A DNA stretch of 64,000 bases from an uncultured Verrucomicrobiae bacterium (GTDB lineage: Bacteria > Verrucomicrobiota > Verrucomicrobiia > Limisphaerales > Palsa-1400). Positions 1 through 9,887 of this stretch are shown here, piece after piece. The stretch's first letter is position 1; each line of letters starts with the position of its first letter. The stretch covers positions 352,001 to 416,000 of the forward strand of contig CAVXRD010000004.1 of assembly GCA_963764165.1 (NCBI GenBank), read 5' to 3'. The notes beneath the pieces were generated by a model. It worked only from the letters and a program-made list of their open reading frames with translations. It did not search any database and had not been told where the DNA came from. Position numbers and translations under genes: made by a program.

Positions 1-3000
1 GCCGCCCGCGCGGATGCGATGCTGGAATTGTTCCAACTCACCTGGCCACAGATTACGCAAAAGATGCCGGAAATCGCCGAGGCGGGTTATGACAGCCTTT
101 GGGTGCCCAATCCAGCCAAGGGCAACAGCGGCGCATCTTCCGTTGGCTACGATGTGTTCGACCCGTTCGACCTGGGCAGTGTGAACCAGCAAGGCACCGT
201 CGCGACGATGTATGGCACTGAGGCGGAACTGATTCAAATGGTGCAGATGGCCCATCGCTTCGGCATTCGCGTTTACTTCGATAATGTGATGAATCACCGG
301 GCGTTCACTGTTCCGGGTTACCCCGGATCGGGCACGTCGACGAACTATTATCCCGGCCTCGTTCCGGCAGATTTTCATTTCCAAACTGTTTCCGGAGGAT
401 ACGAAAATTGGCCTGCGGTCAGCGAATGGTGCGATGTGCAGAATGTCGAAAATCAACCGTTGCTCGGCCTCTGCGATCTGGCGAACGAACCCGGTTCGGT
501 GAATTGGAATTTCGGGCCGAATCTCGGTGATACGACGAACAAGCCCGTGTTCGTTCGCTTCCCGGGACGGCCGGATCTCTATATGGACACGAACGGGCCG
601 TTTCTCGGGACGGGATGGGCGGCGACGGGGTGGCGTCCCTTTGACGGCCATGGACAGCCGGTGGCGGAGGATGTTTCACAGTATCTTTGCCGCGCGGTCG
701 CGTGGACGCTTTACACGACGAAATGCGACGGCTTTCGTCTTGACGCGGTGAAACATGTCCCGGTTGATTTCTTCGGCGGCGAAACCGGCCAGACGGATGA
801 CCCGCAATTTCTCGGCTACACCGGCGCGATTCAGGCGATGTTTGACTATGTCCACGGTTACGGCAGCAATGTTACCGGCAACGGCTACGTTGAAACCGAT
901 GGCAATCGCAACAGCCTGTTCAACACCGAAGCGCCTCGCAACGATGCCATGATCTTCGGCGAATACGAGCCCTCCGCCCTCGCGGCGGGCGAAGACTTTA
1001 ACGATTATTTGCAATCGGGCATGCGCCTGTTGAACTTCCCGCTCTACAGCCAAATGAACAGCGTTTTCGGCGGTGCGACGATGTCCGGCATGGACGGGCG
1101 CGACTTCGCCCCGCCGGGCGGAAACTGCGATGCGAATGGAAACTTCAGCGCTGCGCAAGCGGTGAATCTGCCGCAGTGCCAGGACAGCGGCAGTTGCTGC
1201 CCGGCCAATCAGCCGATGGAGGATGCCTACTTCTTCATGCACGAAGGCATGCCGATGGTTTACACCGACGGCTTCAATCACAACACGAACGGCGGCACGC
1301 CGATTGTGTCGTATGCGAATTTCCTCGGCGAATTTGGCGACAACACGATTCCGGACACAATGTTCGTCCACAATCAACTTTCTCGCGGCGGCACCTGGTC
1401 GCGGTGGAGCGACCAGAACATCGTCATGTTCGAGCGCTACGATTATCGCGAGGGCAATTCCGGCCAGCCGCAGACACAGGCCGTGGCGCTTTTTGGCATG
1501 AACGACAAGACGAATTATCCGGGCGATATTTCATTTGACGACGGCATCAATCGTCCGAGTGACGGCTTTTACCAAAACCCTTCCAATACGACGTCGACTG
1601 CCGTCTCGAACTCGCGCGGCATAGGAATTGTGGTGGGTTTTCCGCCGGGCACAATTCTCGCGCAGCTCGCCAGCGCTTCTCCGACAGGAGGACGCGCCTA
1701 CCAGAAATTGCTGGTTCACGGGGCGACCACGAATTATCAGGCCGCCTTGAATTCCGCCAGCGTCGCGAATCCAGCCCAGCGCTTGATTTATATTGGCGGC
1801 CAGACGCCCGCTCCCGGAGGCGGCGCGATTGAGCTGACGATACCGAGCGATTCGTGGGTCATGTACGGTTTGCAATGGCCGGAGGCGAGCCGCGTGGCGC
1901 TGACGGACGCCATTGAGTTTCGCCAAGGTGGAAACATCGTCCCGCGCATGACGGTTTACCGGACGGATGGCCCGAAGGGCGACACGAATTTCAATCCGCT
2001 TTATCCTTTCAAAATGCGCGGCCGAGTCGATCAAAACGGAAACGTCATCACTGGGCAAAACGTGAGCAATCTCACATATGCCATCGATGTCCCAATCCTG
2101 ACGAATGGTCCGTTCGACATCATAATCCGAAACGACGCGTCGTCCTCAAACACGCTGGTGAAACTGGACGGCGGCATCGATCTCAACAGCCAGATGGGCC
2201 TCGGCGTTTCCAATACATACACGGCGCAGGCGCTTGATTTGCGCGATAACAAGCCCGGCTACGCGGACGACGTTTTTTTGGGTTACGAGCAGAGCGCATT
2301 TGATTTTCGTTATGGCCCGGAAAAGTTTGCGGCCGAGAATGTCGTGCGCAACAACGTGACGGCATCGAATGCGGAAACTTACGCTTACATCGTCGGAGGA
2401 ACGAACTCCGTCGTGCCAGGGGCGGGAAACGGTAGCGCCATCACAAACAGCACCGCGACCTGGGTTTATCATAATCCAACCGACATCGTGAACATTGCCA
2501 GCGGCGCGCCGCCGACGCAGCTTAATCCGATCTCTCCCACCAACGGCCAATCCGTTGATGTTTGGGTTAAGGTCGGCTACCAATTTCAAATCAACCAATG
2601 CACGCTCTACTACACGGCGGACGGAACGGCTCCGCAGGGTTCGTTCGGCAGCGGCGCGGGCACCGCCAAAACCGTCGCCGGAGTTTGGATCGCGCACGAC
2701 CAAACGGATTCCACCATTGACTGGTGGAAGGCGACCATTCCCGGAAGCGTCAATACTAGCGGAAAAACGATTCGTTATTCGGTGGCCTTGTTCAACAACG
2801 CCATTCAGCCAATCACGAATGCTGTCGCCGATAAACTGTATGGCCTCACCGAAGCTTCGATAAACGCATTTAATCCGGCGACGGCCCTCGTTTGGACGGC
2901 CAATGACCTCAGCACCAATAATCTCGTGACTGGTTTGCAGTCCGGCATGCACATCGTTCGCGCCCGGACATTTCTTCCGCGCCCGGGGCAATCAAGCGCC

Positions 3001-4053
3001 TACAATACGTTTTCGAAATCTTTCTTTTTTGATGGCGCCACTCCGTCCGGCGTGATCGTTTCTCCGCCTTCAGGCTCAACCGTGACCAATGGCGCCTGCA
3101 CGATCATCGTCCGAGCGGATAGCTCGGCGACGGGTGCTTCCATCAATATCCAGGACAGCAACCAGGAGAACGACGACGCCGTCACCGGCTATCGTTTCGG
3201 CAACGGCAATCGGAATGGCGTTCCCACTTTCGTCAGCGCCCAGCCAGTGTCAACAACCACGCCCGCGCTTGACGCACTCTACCCGAATCTTCCGCAGGAA
3301 TACCACTTCACCTACCCCGCCGTGCCTTCCAGCGGCGCCGCCAATATCACCGTTCTGCTGAGCGAAATCACCACTCCAATTTTAACGAATCGAGTGACGA
3401 CACTGACTGATTCGTTTACAACGGCTGCGCCGCCGTCCACTTTGCAAATCACCGCGCCTGCCAGCGATGGAGCGGCACTTCTGCTCGGCTCGAATTCGAC
3501 TTACAACATACAGGCGTGCTTCACCTCGACGCTCGACACCAACAACATCACCGATTTCACAGTTTGGATTAACGGCGCCGAGCAGCCGCGCTTTGGAGCA
3601 AATCCCGGCTCGCCTTATTCCATCGGCGGTTCGGCTTGCGGAGCGGGAATGCGCACATTTAATTTCGCATGGAGCGCGCCGACGCCCGGCACCAACACGA
3701 TTCAAATCACGTTCGACGGCGATCAAGCATTAAACGCCCAGCGCACGGTTTTGGTTTTCGATCCGGCCAGCAGCTCCACGAATTTTGGATTGCCCGGTTA
3801 CGATTTTTACGTGGCAGGCTCCAATCCATCCAACACCAACACATGGCTTAGGATTACAAGCGTCAATCAGGGACTGGTCAGTTGGAACAGCGTCGCCGGG
3901 AAAACGTATGAAGTGCTCGCGAGCACAAACTTGAGCAGCGGATTCAAGGCAATCAGCCCAGTGCTGACGGCGGCGGGCACGAATACGACATACTTCGACA
4001 GCGCCTATACGAACGGGCCGGATCGATTCTATTTGATTCAAGTTTCTCCGTGA
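1..4053 (+). CDS. Secreted multidomain GH13 alpha-amylase-family glycoside hydrolase (5' partial)
   Basis: Frame is open from base 1 (AARA-DAM, likely end of a signal peptide). GH13 motifs VGYDVFDPFDLG, DNVMNH, GFRLDAVKH (nucleophile) and IFGEY (acid/base). Long beta-rich C-terminus. Confidence 0.85.
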   Translation, partial: AARADAMLELFQLTWPQITQKMPEIAEAGYDSLWVPNPAKGNSGASSVGYDVFDPFDLGSVNQQGTVATMYGTEAELIQMVQMAHRFGIRVYFDNVMNHRAFTVPGYPGSGTSTNYYPGLVPADFHFQTVSGGYENWPAVSEWCDVQNVENQPLLGLCDLANEPGSVNWNFGPNLGDTTNKPVFVRFPGRPDLYMDTNGPFLGTGWAATGWRPFDGHGQPVAEDVSQYLCRAVAWTLYTTKCDGFRLDAVKHVPVDFFGGETGQTDDPQFLGYTGAIQAMFDYVHGYGSNVTGNGYVETDGNRNSLFNTEAPRNDAMIFGEYEPSALAAGEDFNDYLQSGMRLLNFPLYSQMNSVFGGATMSGMDGRDFAPPGGNCDANGNFSAAQAVNLPQCQDSGSCCPANQPMEDAYFFMHEGMPMVYTDGFNHNTNGGTPIVSYANFLGEFGDNTIPDTMFVHNQLSRGGTWSRWSDQNIVMFERYDYREGNSGQPQTQAVALFGMNDKTNYPGDISFDDGINRPSDGFYQNPSNTTSTAVSNSRGIGIVVGFPPGTILAQLASASPTGGRAYQKLLVHGATTNYQAALNSASVANPAQRLIYIGGQTPAPGGGAIELTIPSDSWVMYGLQWPEASRVALTDAIEFRQGGNIVPRMTVYRTDGPKGDTNFNPLYPFKMRGRVDQNGNVITGQNVSNLTYAIDVPILTNGPFDIIIRNDASSSNTLVKLDGGIDLNSQMGLGVSNTYTAQALDLRDNKPGYADDVFLGYEQSAFDFRYGPEKFAAENVVRNNVTASNAETYAYIVGGTNSVVPGAGNGSAITNSTATWVYHNPTDIVNIASGAPPTQLNPISPTNGQSVDVWVKVGYQFQINQCTLYYTADGTAPQGSFGSGAGTAKTVAGVWIAHDQTDSTIDWWKATIPGSVNTSGKTIRYSVALFNNAIQPITNAVADKLYGLTEASINAFNPATALVWTANDLSTNNLVTGLQSGMHIVRARTFLPRPGQSSAYNTFSKSFFFDGATPSGVIVSPPSGSTVTNGACTIIVRADSSATGASINIQDSNQENDDAVTGYRFGNGNRNGVPTFVSAQPVSTTTPALDALYPNLPQEYHFTYPAVPSSGAANITVLLSEITTPILTNRVTTLTDSFTTAAPPSTLQITAPASDGAALLLGSNSTYNIQACFTSTLDTNNITDFTVWINGAEQPRFGANPGSPYSIGGSACGAGMRTFNFAWSAPTPGTNTIQITFDGDQALNAQRTVLVFDPASSSTNFGLPGYDFYVAGSNPSNTNTWLRITSVNQGLVSWNSVAGKTYEVLASTNLSSGFKAISPVLTAAGTNTTYFDSAYTNGPDRFYLIQVSP

Positions 4054-4173
4054 TGGCTGCTCGCGCCGCTGAGATATTGACAAGTGGCCGGACTCTGCCA
4101 ATCATGGGAATATGCCCGGCAGTTCCAGAAAAGCAGCGAAGTGCAGTTTCCTAAATATCGCCGCAATAACCCA

Positions 4174-5964
4174 ATGACACCATCACTTGCAGCAACCGGC
4201 TCGACGCTCACCGGTCTCGACTGGCTGGCGATCGCCATTTATTTCATCATTCTTCTCTTTGTCGCGTGGTGGGTCGTTAGCCGCCGGAAGGACACTGCCG
4301 CGGATTATTTCCTCGCCGGGCGCAATCTCAGTTGGTGGATTATTGGCGCCTCCATTTTTGCGTCAAACATCGGTTCCGAACACATTGTTGGATTGGCGGG
4401 ATCCGGGGCCAAAGACGGCGTTGCCCTGGCGCATTACGAGCTGCATGCCTGGTGCCTGCTTGTGCTGGCGTGGGTTTTTGTTCCGTTCTACGCCCGGTCG
4501 ATGGTCTTCACCATGCCGGAGTTTCTAGAAAAGCGATTTAGCACAAAATCGCGCTATGTCCTTTCTGTATCGTCCCTGCTGACGTTCATAGTTTCCAAAA
4601 TTGCGGTCGGGATATTTGCCGGCGGAGTGGTTTTCGGGACTCTTTTGCCGGAATTGAAGCTGGATGTGGCGGGGCTGCATTTGGACAGCTTTTGGATAGG
4701 GTCAATCGCGGTGATCATTTTGACCGGTCTTTACACGATGCTCGGAGGGATGCGCGCGGTGGCTTATAATGACGCCGTGCAGGTGGCTGTCCTGATTGGC
4801 GGCTCAGCCTTGTTGACATTTTACGGCCTGCATAGGCTGGGCGGATGGGGCGAGTTGAGGACTCTTTGCGGTTCTGACATGTTCAATTTATGGAAGCCAT
4901 TGGTGCCCGCCGGCCAGGTGGCGACATGGGCTCCAGTCAAGGAATTGGATCAGGCGGGGAATGTCGTGCGCCAGGCTTGGTATTTCAACGACAATTTCCC
5001 ATGGCTGGGAATGGCCATTTGCGCCCCTGTCATCGGCTTGTGGTATTGGTGCACAGATCAATATATCGTGCAGCGGGCATTGGGCGCGCCGAACGAAAGA
5101 GTGGCGCGCGATGGCAGCATTTTCGCCGCCTTCCTCAAGCTCTTTCCGGTGTATCTCTTCATCATTCCGGGCTTGATCTGCTTTGCCTTGGCGAAGAGCA
5201 ACAAGATTCCACCCTTGACGGAGGCGTTCAGCCAGCCCAACGGAGCGCAAGGCGCGTTCCCGCTGCTGGTTAAGTTTTTACTGCCGCCGGGACTGCGTGG
5301 GATCGTGGTGGCCGGCCTGCTTTCGGCGTTGATGGGATCCCTGGCGGGGGTTTTCAACGCATGTTCGACGCTTTTCACGGTGGACATCTACGAGAAGTGG
5401 CGTCCGAAAGCTTCGCAGCGGGAAATTGTCCGCATGGGCCGGATCGCAACCGGAGTGATGGCCGTCATCGCCATGGCCTGGATTCCGGTGGTGCGAGGGC
5501 AGCATGGGCTCTATGATTACCTGCAATCCGTTCAGGGTTATTTGGCCCCGCCGATTTTTGTCGTCTTTTTCTTCGGCGTTTTCTGGAAACGGCTCAATGC
5601 CGCCGGGTGTTTGTGGGCCATGATCATCGGGTTTGCGGTGGGTGTATTTCGCATGGTTGTGGACACGCTTTGCGCATTGAACCCGGGTTTCCATTACTCG
5701 GAAGGCTCGTTTTTTTGGATTGTCAACAATATCAATTTTCAATACTTCAGCATCCTCATTACAATTATCTCGGCAATCGCCATGGTGGTCTTCAGTTATT
5801 TGACGCCGCCGCCGGAGGCAGCAAAGATTGCAGGGCTCACCTTCGCCACCGCAACCGCCGGCGATAAGGAGCGGACTCGCGCAAGTTGGAGCGCGAAAGA
5901 GGTGGTGGCGTCCTGCCTCATATTATGTTGCATCTTGTTCGCTTACATCTATTTCCGAGGATGA
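4174..5964 (+). CDS. Sodium:solute symporter (SSS, SGLT-like)
   Basis: YFLAGR, ASNIGSEHIVGLAG, TMPEFLEKRF, WYWCTDQYIVQRAL; many TM helices. ATG at 4174 preferred over GTG at 4084. Confidence 0.92.
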   Translation: MTPSLAATGSTLTGLDWLAIAIYFIILLFVAWWVVSRRKDTAADYFLAGRNLSWWIIGASIFASNIGSEHIVGLAGSGAKDGVALAHYELHAWCLLVLAWVFVPFYARSMVFTMPEFLEKRFSTKSRYVLSVSSLLTFIVSKIAVGIFAGGVVFGTLLPELKLDVAGLHLDSFWIGSIAVIILTGLYTMLGGMRAVAYNDAVQVAVLIGGSALLTFYGLHRLGGWGELRTLCGSDMFNLWKPLVPAGQVATWAPVKELDQAGNVVRQAWYFNDNFPWLGMAICAPVIGLWYWCTDQYIVQRALGAPNERVARDGSIFAAFLKLFPVYLFIIPGLICFALAKSNKIPPLTEAFSQPNGAQGAFPLLVKFLLPPGLRGIVVAGLLSALMGSLAGVFNACSTLFTVDIYEKWRPKASQREIVRMGRIATGVMAVIAMAWIPVVRGQHGLYDYLQSVQGYLAPPIFVVFFFGVFWKRLNAAGCLWAMIIGFAVGVFRMVVDTLCALNPGFHYSEGSFFWIVNNINFQYFSILITIISAIAMVVFSYLTPPPEAAKIAGLTFATATAGDKERTRASWSAKEVVASCLILCCILFAYIYFRG

Positions 5965-6215
5965 CATTTGGCGCAACAAATGCGGGTCATTCCACGCCTG
6001 CAGCTCAACGAATGGCGCCCGTTCTCAGGTCCAGTTTGCTCGCGGCTTGCAGCGCCCCTTCCGAAACCGTCCCTGCTATGCTGCTTTAATTTTCATCAGC
6101 TGCTTCCAATCACACCTCAAGCGGGTCTCGTCGGCGGAAACCGTTGCCCGCAATTGAACTTTGCGAGAGTGAGGTCGCATTTCCACGCGCAATTGAGGCA
6201 AATCACGCCTCGACT

Positions 6216-6258
6216 GGGACGCCTCGGGCGGAATTCCGCTTCCATCGGCGTCCCTGCC
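6216..6258. repeat. REP-like palindrome, family A (GGGACGCC...GGCGTCCCTGCC)
   Basis: Stem between convergent genes. Related copies at 8371, 29219, 46975 and 48387. Confidence 0.6.
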
Positions 6259-6262
6259 TTGC

Positions 6263-7321
6263 TTAAGGCCAAAACTTTGGTCGCAATCCGTATTTGCTTT
6301 GGAGCTTCATTGTGTCAGCCAGCGGCACGATTCCGCCGGCGCAAGTTGGGTGGAAAAGAGAGGCGGCGGCCACGCACACGCCCGTCAACAAACATTTCGG
6401 CATTTCCCAGCCTTCGTGCAGGCCGAGCAGGACGCCGGAGGCGAAGGCGTCCCCGGCTCCGGCGGTTCCCGCGATCACTTTGCCGGGAAGATTCAGCGAG
6501 GATTGCCAGAATTGCCCACCGGCGCGGGAGCAGGCGAAACTTCCCTCCGGAAAATGCACAACGACCCAGTCGCGCACGCCGCTCCCGAGCAGCTTCGCGC
6601 CAGCCTCCGGCAGCACCGCCGCATTCAGCGAGCCGTCCGCGCCGCGTATGGCGAGGCCGGTGGTTTTCCCGGCTTCCAATTCGTTGAGGATGCAGTAGTC
6701 GGCGTATTTCAATGCGGGCGGGACGACGCGCACGAAGCGGTCGCTGTCTTCGCTCACGGTATCGATGCTCGTTTTCAACCCGGCCTCTTGCGCGCGGTGA
6801 AGCAGCGCGGCGGCTTTCGTGCCGAACTTGCGGTCGGGCAAATCCAGCGCGTCCAGCAAAAGCAAATATCCGAGGTGAAAAATCCGGGCGCTGGTTTTGG
6901 CAAAATCAAGTTCCGAGCCGTCCCAAAGAGCGTTCGCGCCGCGATGATGGAAAAATGTGCGGTGACCGCCGTTTTGCTCGGTCATGACGTCCGTGTAGGA
7001 AGTCGGCGCTTTCGGAGTTTGGCAGAGGGATTTCGTGTCGATGCGATGCTCGCGGCAATCTTCGAGGATCACGCGGCCGAGGTCGTCCTCGCCAACCAGT
7101 CCGGCGGCCATTAACGGAAATGGCGCTTCCAATTTCGCAAGGTCGATGAGGACGTTATAAGGCGAGCCACCGGTTCCCTGCGATTGGCGAAGAATGTTGG
7201 CAAGGTGATCGCGCTGCGGGTAAACGTCGATGATCTTCACCTGGTCAATAATCCAGTTGCCGGCAGCCATGATGCCGTTGCGGGCGGATGTGTTTCGCTT
7301 TTTCACTGGTGCTTTGTTCAC
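6263..7321 (-). CDS. PfkB/ribokinase-family carbohydrate kinase
   Basis: GGSPYNV, GLVGEDDLG, NELEA, and anion-hole motif GTAGAGDAFASG. Confidence 0.9.
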   Translation of the reverse strand: MNKAPVKKRNTSARNGIMAAGNWIIDQVKIIDVYPQRDHLANILRQSQGTGGSPYNVLIDLAKLEAPFPLMAAGLVGEDDLGRVILEDCREHRIDTKSLCQTPKAPTSYTDVMTEQNGGHRTFFHHRGANALWDGSELDFAKTSARIFHLGYLLLLDALDLPDRKFGTKAAALLHRAQEAGLKTSIDTVSEDSDRFVRVVPPALKYADYCILNELEAGKTTGLAIRGADGSLNAAVLPEAGAKLLGSGVRDWVVVHFPEGSFACSRAGGQFWQSSLNLPGKVIAGTAGAGDAFASGVLLGLHEGWEMPKCLLTGVCVAAASLFHPTCAGGIVPLADTMKLQSKYGLRPKFWP

Positions 7322-7411
7322 CGCACTTTAAGAACCGGAGCAGCGAGCGGCAAGAATGGAATTGGCGCGGTTGGTCTGGACGGCGAAGCGCGGAGGAGTA
7401 AAATCTCCTCC

Positions 7412-8344
7412 ATGCCGGTTTATTTGCCTCCCATTTCCAGAAGATGTTTTCTTAAGAATTCGCTTGCCGTTTCTGCATTAGCCGCAGTTGGCGGTTGTGC
7501 TGTGAACGAGTTTGCCGCTCACGGCGATAGCTGGGCGCTGCTCTCCGACACGCACCTCGCCGCGGATCCGAATACGGTTCACAGCAACGTCAACATGACG
7601 CACAATCTTCAACTTGTGGCGCAAGAAGTCCTGGCATGGCCGGACCCTATTTCCGGCGTGCTGGTGAATGGCGATCTCGCTTTCGACAACGGCGATCCGG
7701 CGGATTATGCAGCGTTCCTTGGTTTGATCGCACCGATGCGCAAACGCGGGCCGATCTGTCTTTCCCTCGGCAATCATGATCACCGCGAGCATTTCTGGTC
7801 GGCGATGCCTCGCCAAAAAGCAACCAAGGCGGGACTTCCCGACCGCCAAATTACGATCATTCGCACGCCGCATGCCAATTGGTTCGTGCTGGATTCGCTC
7901 ATCAAGACTTTGGAAATACCGGGAAATCTTGGCGAAGCCCAGCGCGACTGGCTGGCCCGCGTTCTGGATCAAAATCCTGACAAACCCGCGCTCGTCGCCG
8001 TCCATCACAATCCAAATCCGAAGGCCGCCCCCGGAACTGCTCCGGCGGCGCAACTGCACGGATTGAAGGACACGGAAGAATTGCTGGCCATTCTGCGTCC
8101 GCGCCGCCATGTGAAGGCGTATTTTTTCGGCCACACGCATCATTGGAGCGTCTCCACCGATGAAAGCGGATTGCACCTGATTAATTTTCCGCCGGTGGCC
8201 TACGTGTTTCAGCCGGGGCAGCCGAGTGGCTGGGTTTACGCCGCAATAAATCCGCAAGGCGCAAGCCTGGAGATGCGATGCCTTGACCGCGCGCACGCGG
8301 AGCACGGCCGCGTGGTAGATTTGAAATGGCGGAGCGCAATGTGA
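7412..8344 (+). CDS. Calcineurin-like metallophosphoesterase, Tat-exported
   Basis: SRRCFLK signal; motifs DTH, GDL, GNHD, HH, GHTH. Confidence 0.88.
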   Translation: MPVYLPPISRRCFLKNSLAVSALAAVGGCAVNEFAAHGDSWALLSDTHLAADPNTVHSNVNMTHNLQLVAQEVLAWPDPISGVLVNGDLAFDNGDPADYAAFLGLIAPMRKRGPICLSLGNHDHREHFWSAMPRQKATKAGLPDRQITIIRTPHANWFVLDSLIKTLEIPGNLGEAQRDWLARVLDQNPDKPALVAVHHNPNPKAAPGTAPAAQLHGLKDTEELLAILRPRRHVKAYFFGHTHHWSVSTDESGLHLINFPPVAYVFQPGQPSGWVYAAINPQGASLEMRCLDRAHAEHGRVVDLKWRSAM

Positions 8345-8370
8345 CGCGGGTGACTCCCGTCGCGAAGTGA

Positions 8371-8401
8371 GGTACGGACGCCTCGGCGAGCGTCCCTGCC
8401 T
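8371..8401. repeat. REP-like palindrome, family A
   Basis: GGTACGGACGCCTCGGCGAGCGTCCCTGCC between convergent genes. Confidence 0.6.
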
Positions 8402-8418
8402 TTAATCAGCGCGCGGCG

Positions 8419-9744
8419 CTAATTGCGCGGCAATTCGCGGATGTAAATATTCTTGAACCAAAGAGGGCCGCCGTGATTCTGCAATTCGATCTGGCCTTTC
8501 GAGTAAATGGGTTTGTCGCGTTCCCAATAGTTTTCCAAAGTGGTGTCGCGCACGACGCATTTGCCATTGAGGAAAACGTGAACTTTTTCGCCGACCATCA
8601 AAATCCGAAAACGATTCCACTCGCCCACCGGATTGTCCGCAAAGGCCAGCGGGTGGCGCTCGTTTTTTTCGTCGTTATACAAGCCGCCAGAACCGTCTGC
8701 CGGCGTGAATTGGCCGGGGCTGTTGGGCTCCCAGATTTGCACCTGCGGACTGCCGCGAAGATAGATGCCGCTGTCGCCCTTGGCCGGAATTTTCCAATCG
8801 ACCAGCATTTCGAAATCGCCGTAATCGCGCGCCGTGCAAAGGTTGTCGCCGTGGCCGTCGAAAACAACCATTCCGTCTTCCGCTTTCCAATGTTCTCGCA
8901 TGCGCTCATCGGCTTTCGCCTGCGCCGCCGCCAGTTCCTCGGCGGACATTTTTGCGCGCTTGGGCGGATCGGCCACCAAGCCCTTCCAGCCCGTCAGATC
9001 ATGCCCATTGAAGAGCGCGGTGAAGCCTTCGGGCGGCGCATCGCCGGAAGGCGCAGGAAGTTCCTTGATATAAATATTCTTGAACTCAACGTAGCTATAA
9101 TGTCCCAGAAGCGCGATGCGTCCGCTGTCGCGCAGCATTCCTGGATGGCCGCGCAGAATTTCCGGATTGGTCACGGTGTTCAGATTTCCGTCAACAATAG
9201 TCTGGCCGTTGAGCACAATTTTAACCAGGCGGCCCTTCATCGTGATCTCGTAATGATTCCATTCGCCGACTTTTTTCAACGCGCCGCGCTTGGCGGAAAA
9301 AATCTTGTAGAGCGACCCGCAGTATTGGCCCGGCTCGAGATGCGCGTAAGAAGGATCATCGTCATCGAGAATCTGGATTTCATTGCCGGAATAAGTCAGG
9401 TCGTTCGTCTCGAATGGCACGCGGATGCCGACGCCGTTGTTGGCGGCGGGCGTCAATTTGAAATCCATAAGCAATACGTAATCGCCAAACGTCTTATCCG
9501 TGACCAGATCGTTGGCGGCATTTGGCGGCGAGGCGATCACCCCATTTGTGACGAAATAAGACGGGCCTTTCGTTTTGTGAATTTCGGTCCAGCCGTCCAG
9601 CGACTTTCCGTCGAACAACGACACGAAGCCGCCGTGCTTTAGAGCGGCGACATCGGTGGATTCGGATTGGGCGGTTGCATTTCCCGCCAATAATATTGAG
9701 AGCGCCGCCGCCTGTAGGAATCGCATCGGTGTATTCATCATCAT
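8419..9744 (-). CDS. Secreted tandem DUF1080 (3-keto-disaccharide hydrolase-like) protein
   Basis: Two copies of LFD/NGxxLxGW...EIQI/QVQI...GEWN...FKNIYI(K/R)EL; signal peptide. Confidence 0.85.
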   Translation of the reverse strand: MMMNTPMRFLQAAALSILLAGNATAQSESTDVAALKHGGFVSLFDGKSLDGWTEIHKTKGPSYFVTNGVIASPPNAANDLVTDKTFGDYVLLMDFKLTPAANNGVGIRVPFETNDLTYSGNEIQILDDDDPSYAHLEPGQYCGSLYKIFSAKRGALKKVGEWNHYEITMKGRLVKIVLNGQTIVDGNLNTVTNPEILRGHPGMLRDSGRIALLGHYSYVEFKNIYIKELPAPSGDAPPEGFTALFNGHDLTGWKGLVADPPKRAKMSAEELAAAQAKADERMREHWKAEDGMVVFDGHGDNLCTARDYGDFEMLVDWKIPAKGDSGIYLRGSPQVQIWEPNSPGQFTPADGSGGLYNDEKNERHPLAFADNPVGEWNRFRILMVGEKVHVFLNGKCVVRDTTLENYWERDKPIYSKGQIELQNHGGPLWFKNIYIRELPRN

Positions 9745-9815
9745 AGAATTCGCCGACAGAACTAATCGCGTGGTGCGCGTGCGTCAATGGCAAAGGCCCT
9801 TTTGAGGAAATGCAC

Positions 9816-9871
9816 CGCAGCGCGCTGCGGCTGATTCTCAGTCGCCTGGCTCCTTCGAAGACAGCCGCGCT
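9816..9871. repeat. Degenerate palindrome, family B (GCGCGGCTGTGTCGAAG)
   Basis: GCTGCGGCTG...TTCGAAGACAGCCGCGCT resembles the arms of the 54393-54503 element. Confidence 0.45.
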
Positions 9872-9887
9872 TGACGGGCGGCGTCCG

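Noticed and set aside
5965..6215. Structured ncRNA in the convergent gap
   Set aside because: No recognisable tRNA, tmRNA, RNase P, SRP or riboswitch signature. An Rfam search would be needed to exclude one.
5968..6687. 239-aa ORF after the symporter
   Set aside because: Overlaps the PfkB gene antisense and runs through a repeat; Arg-rich composition without motifs.
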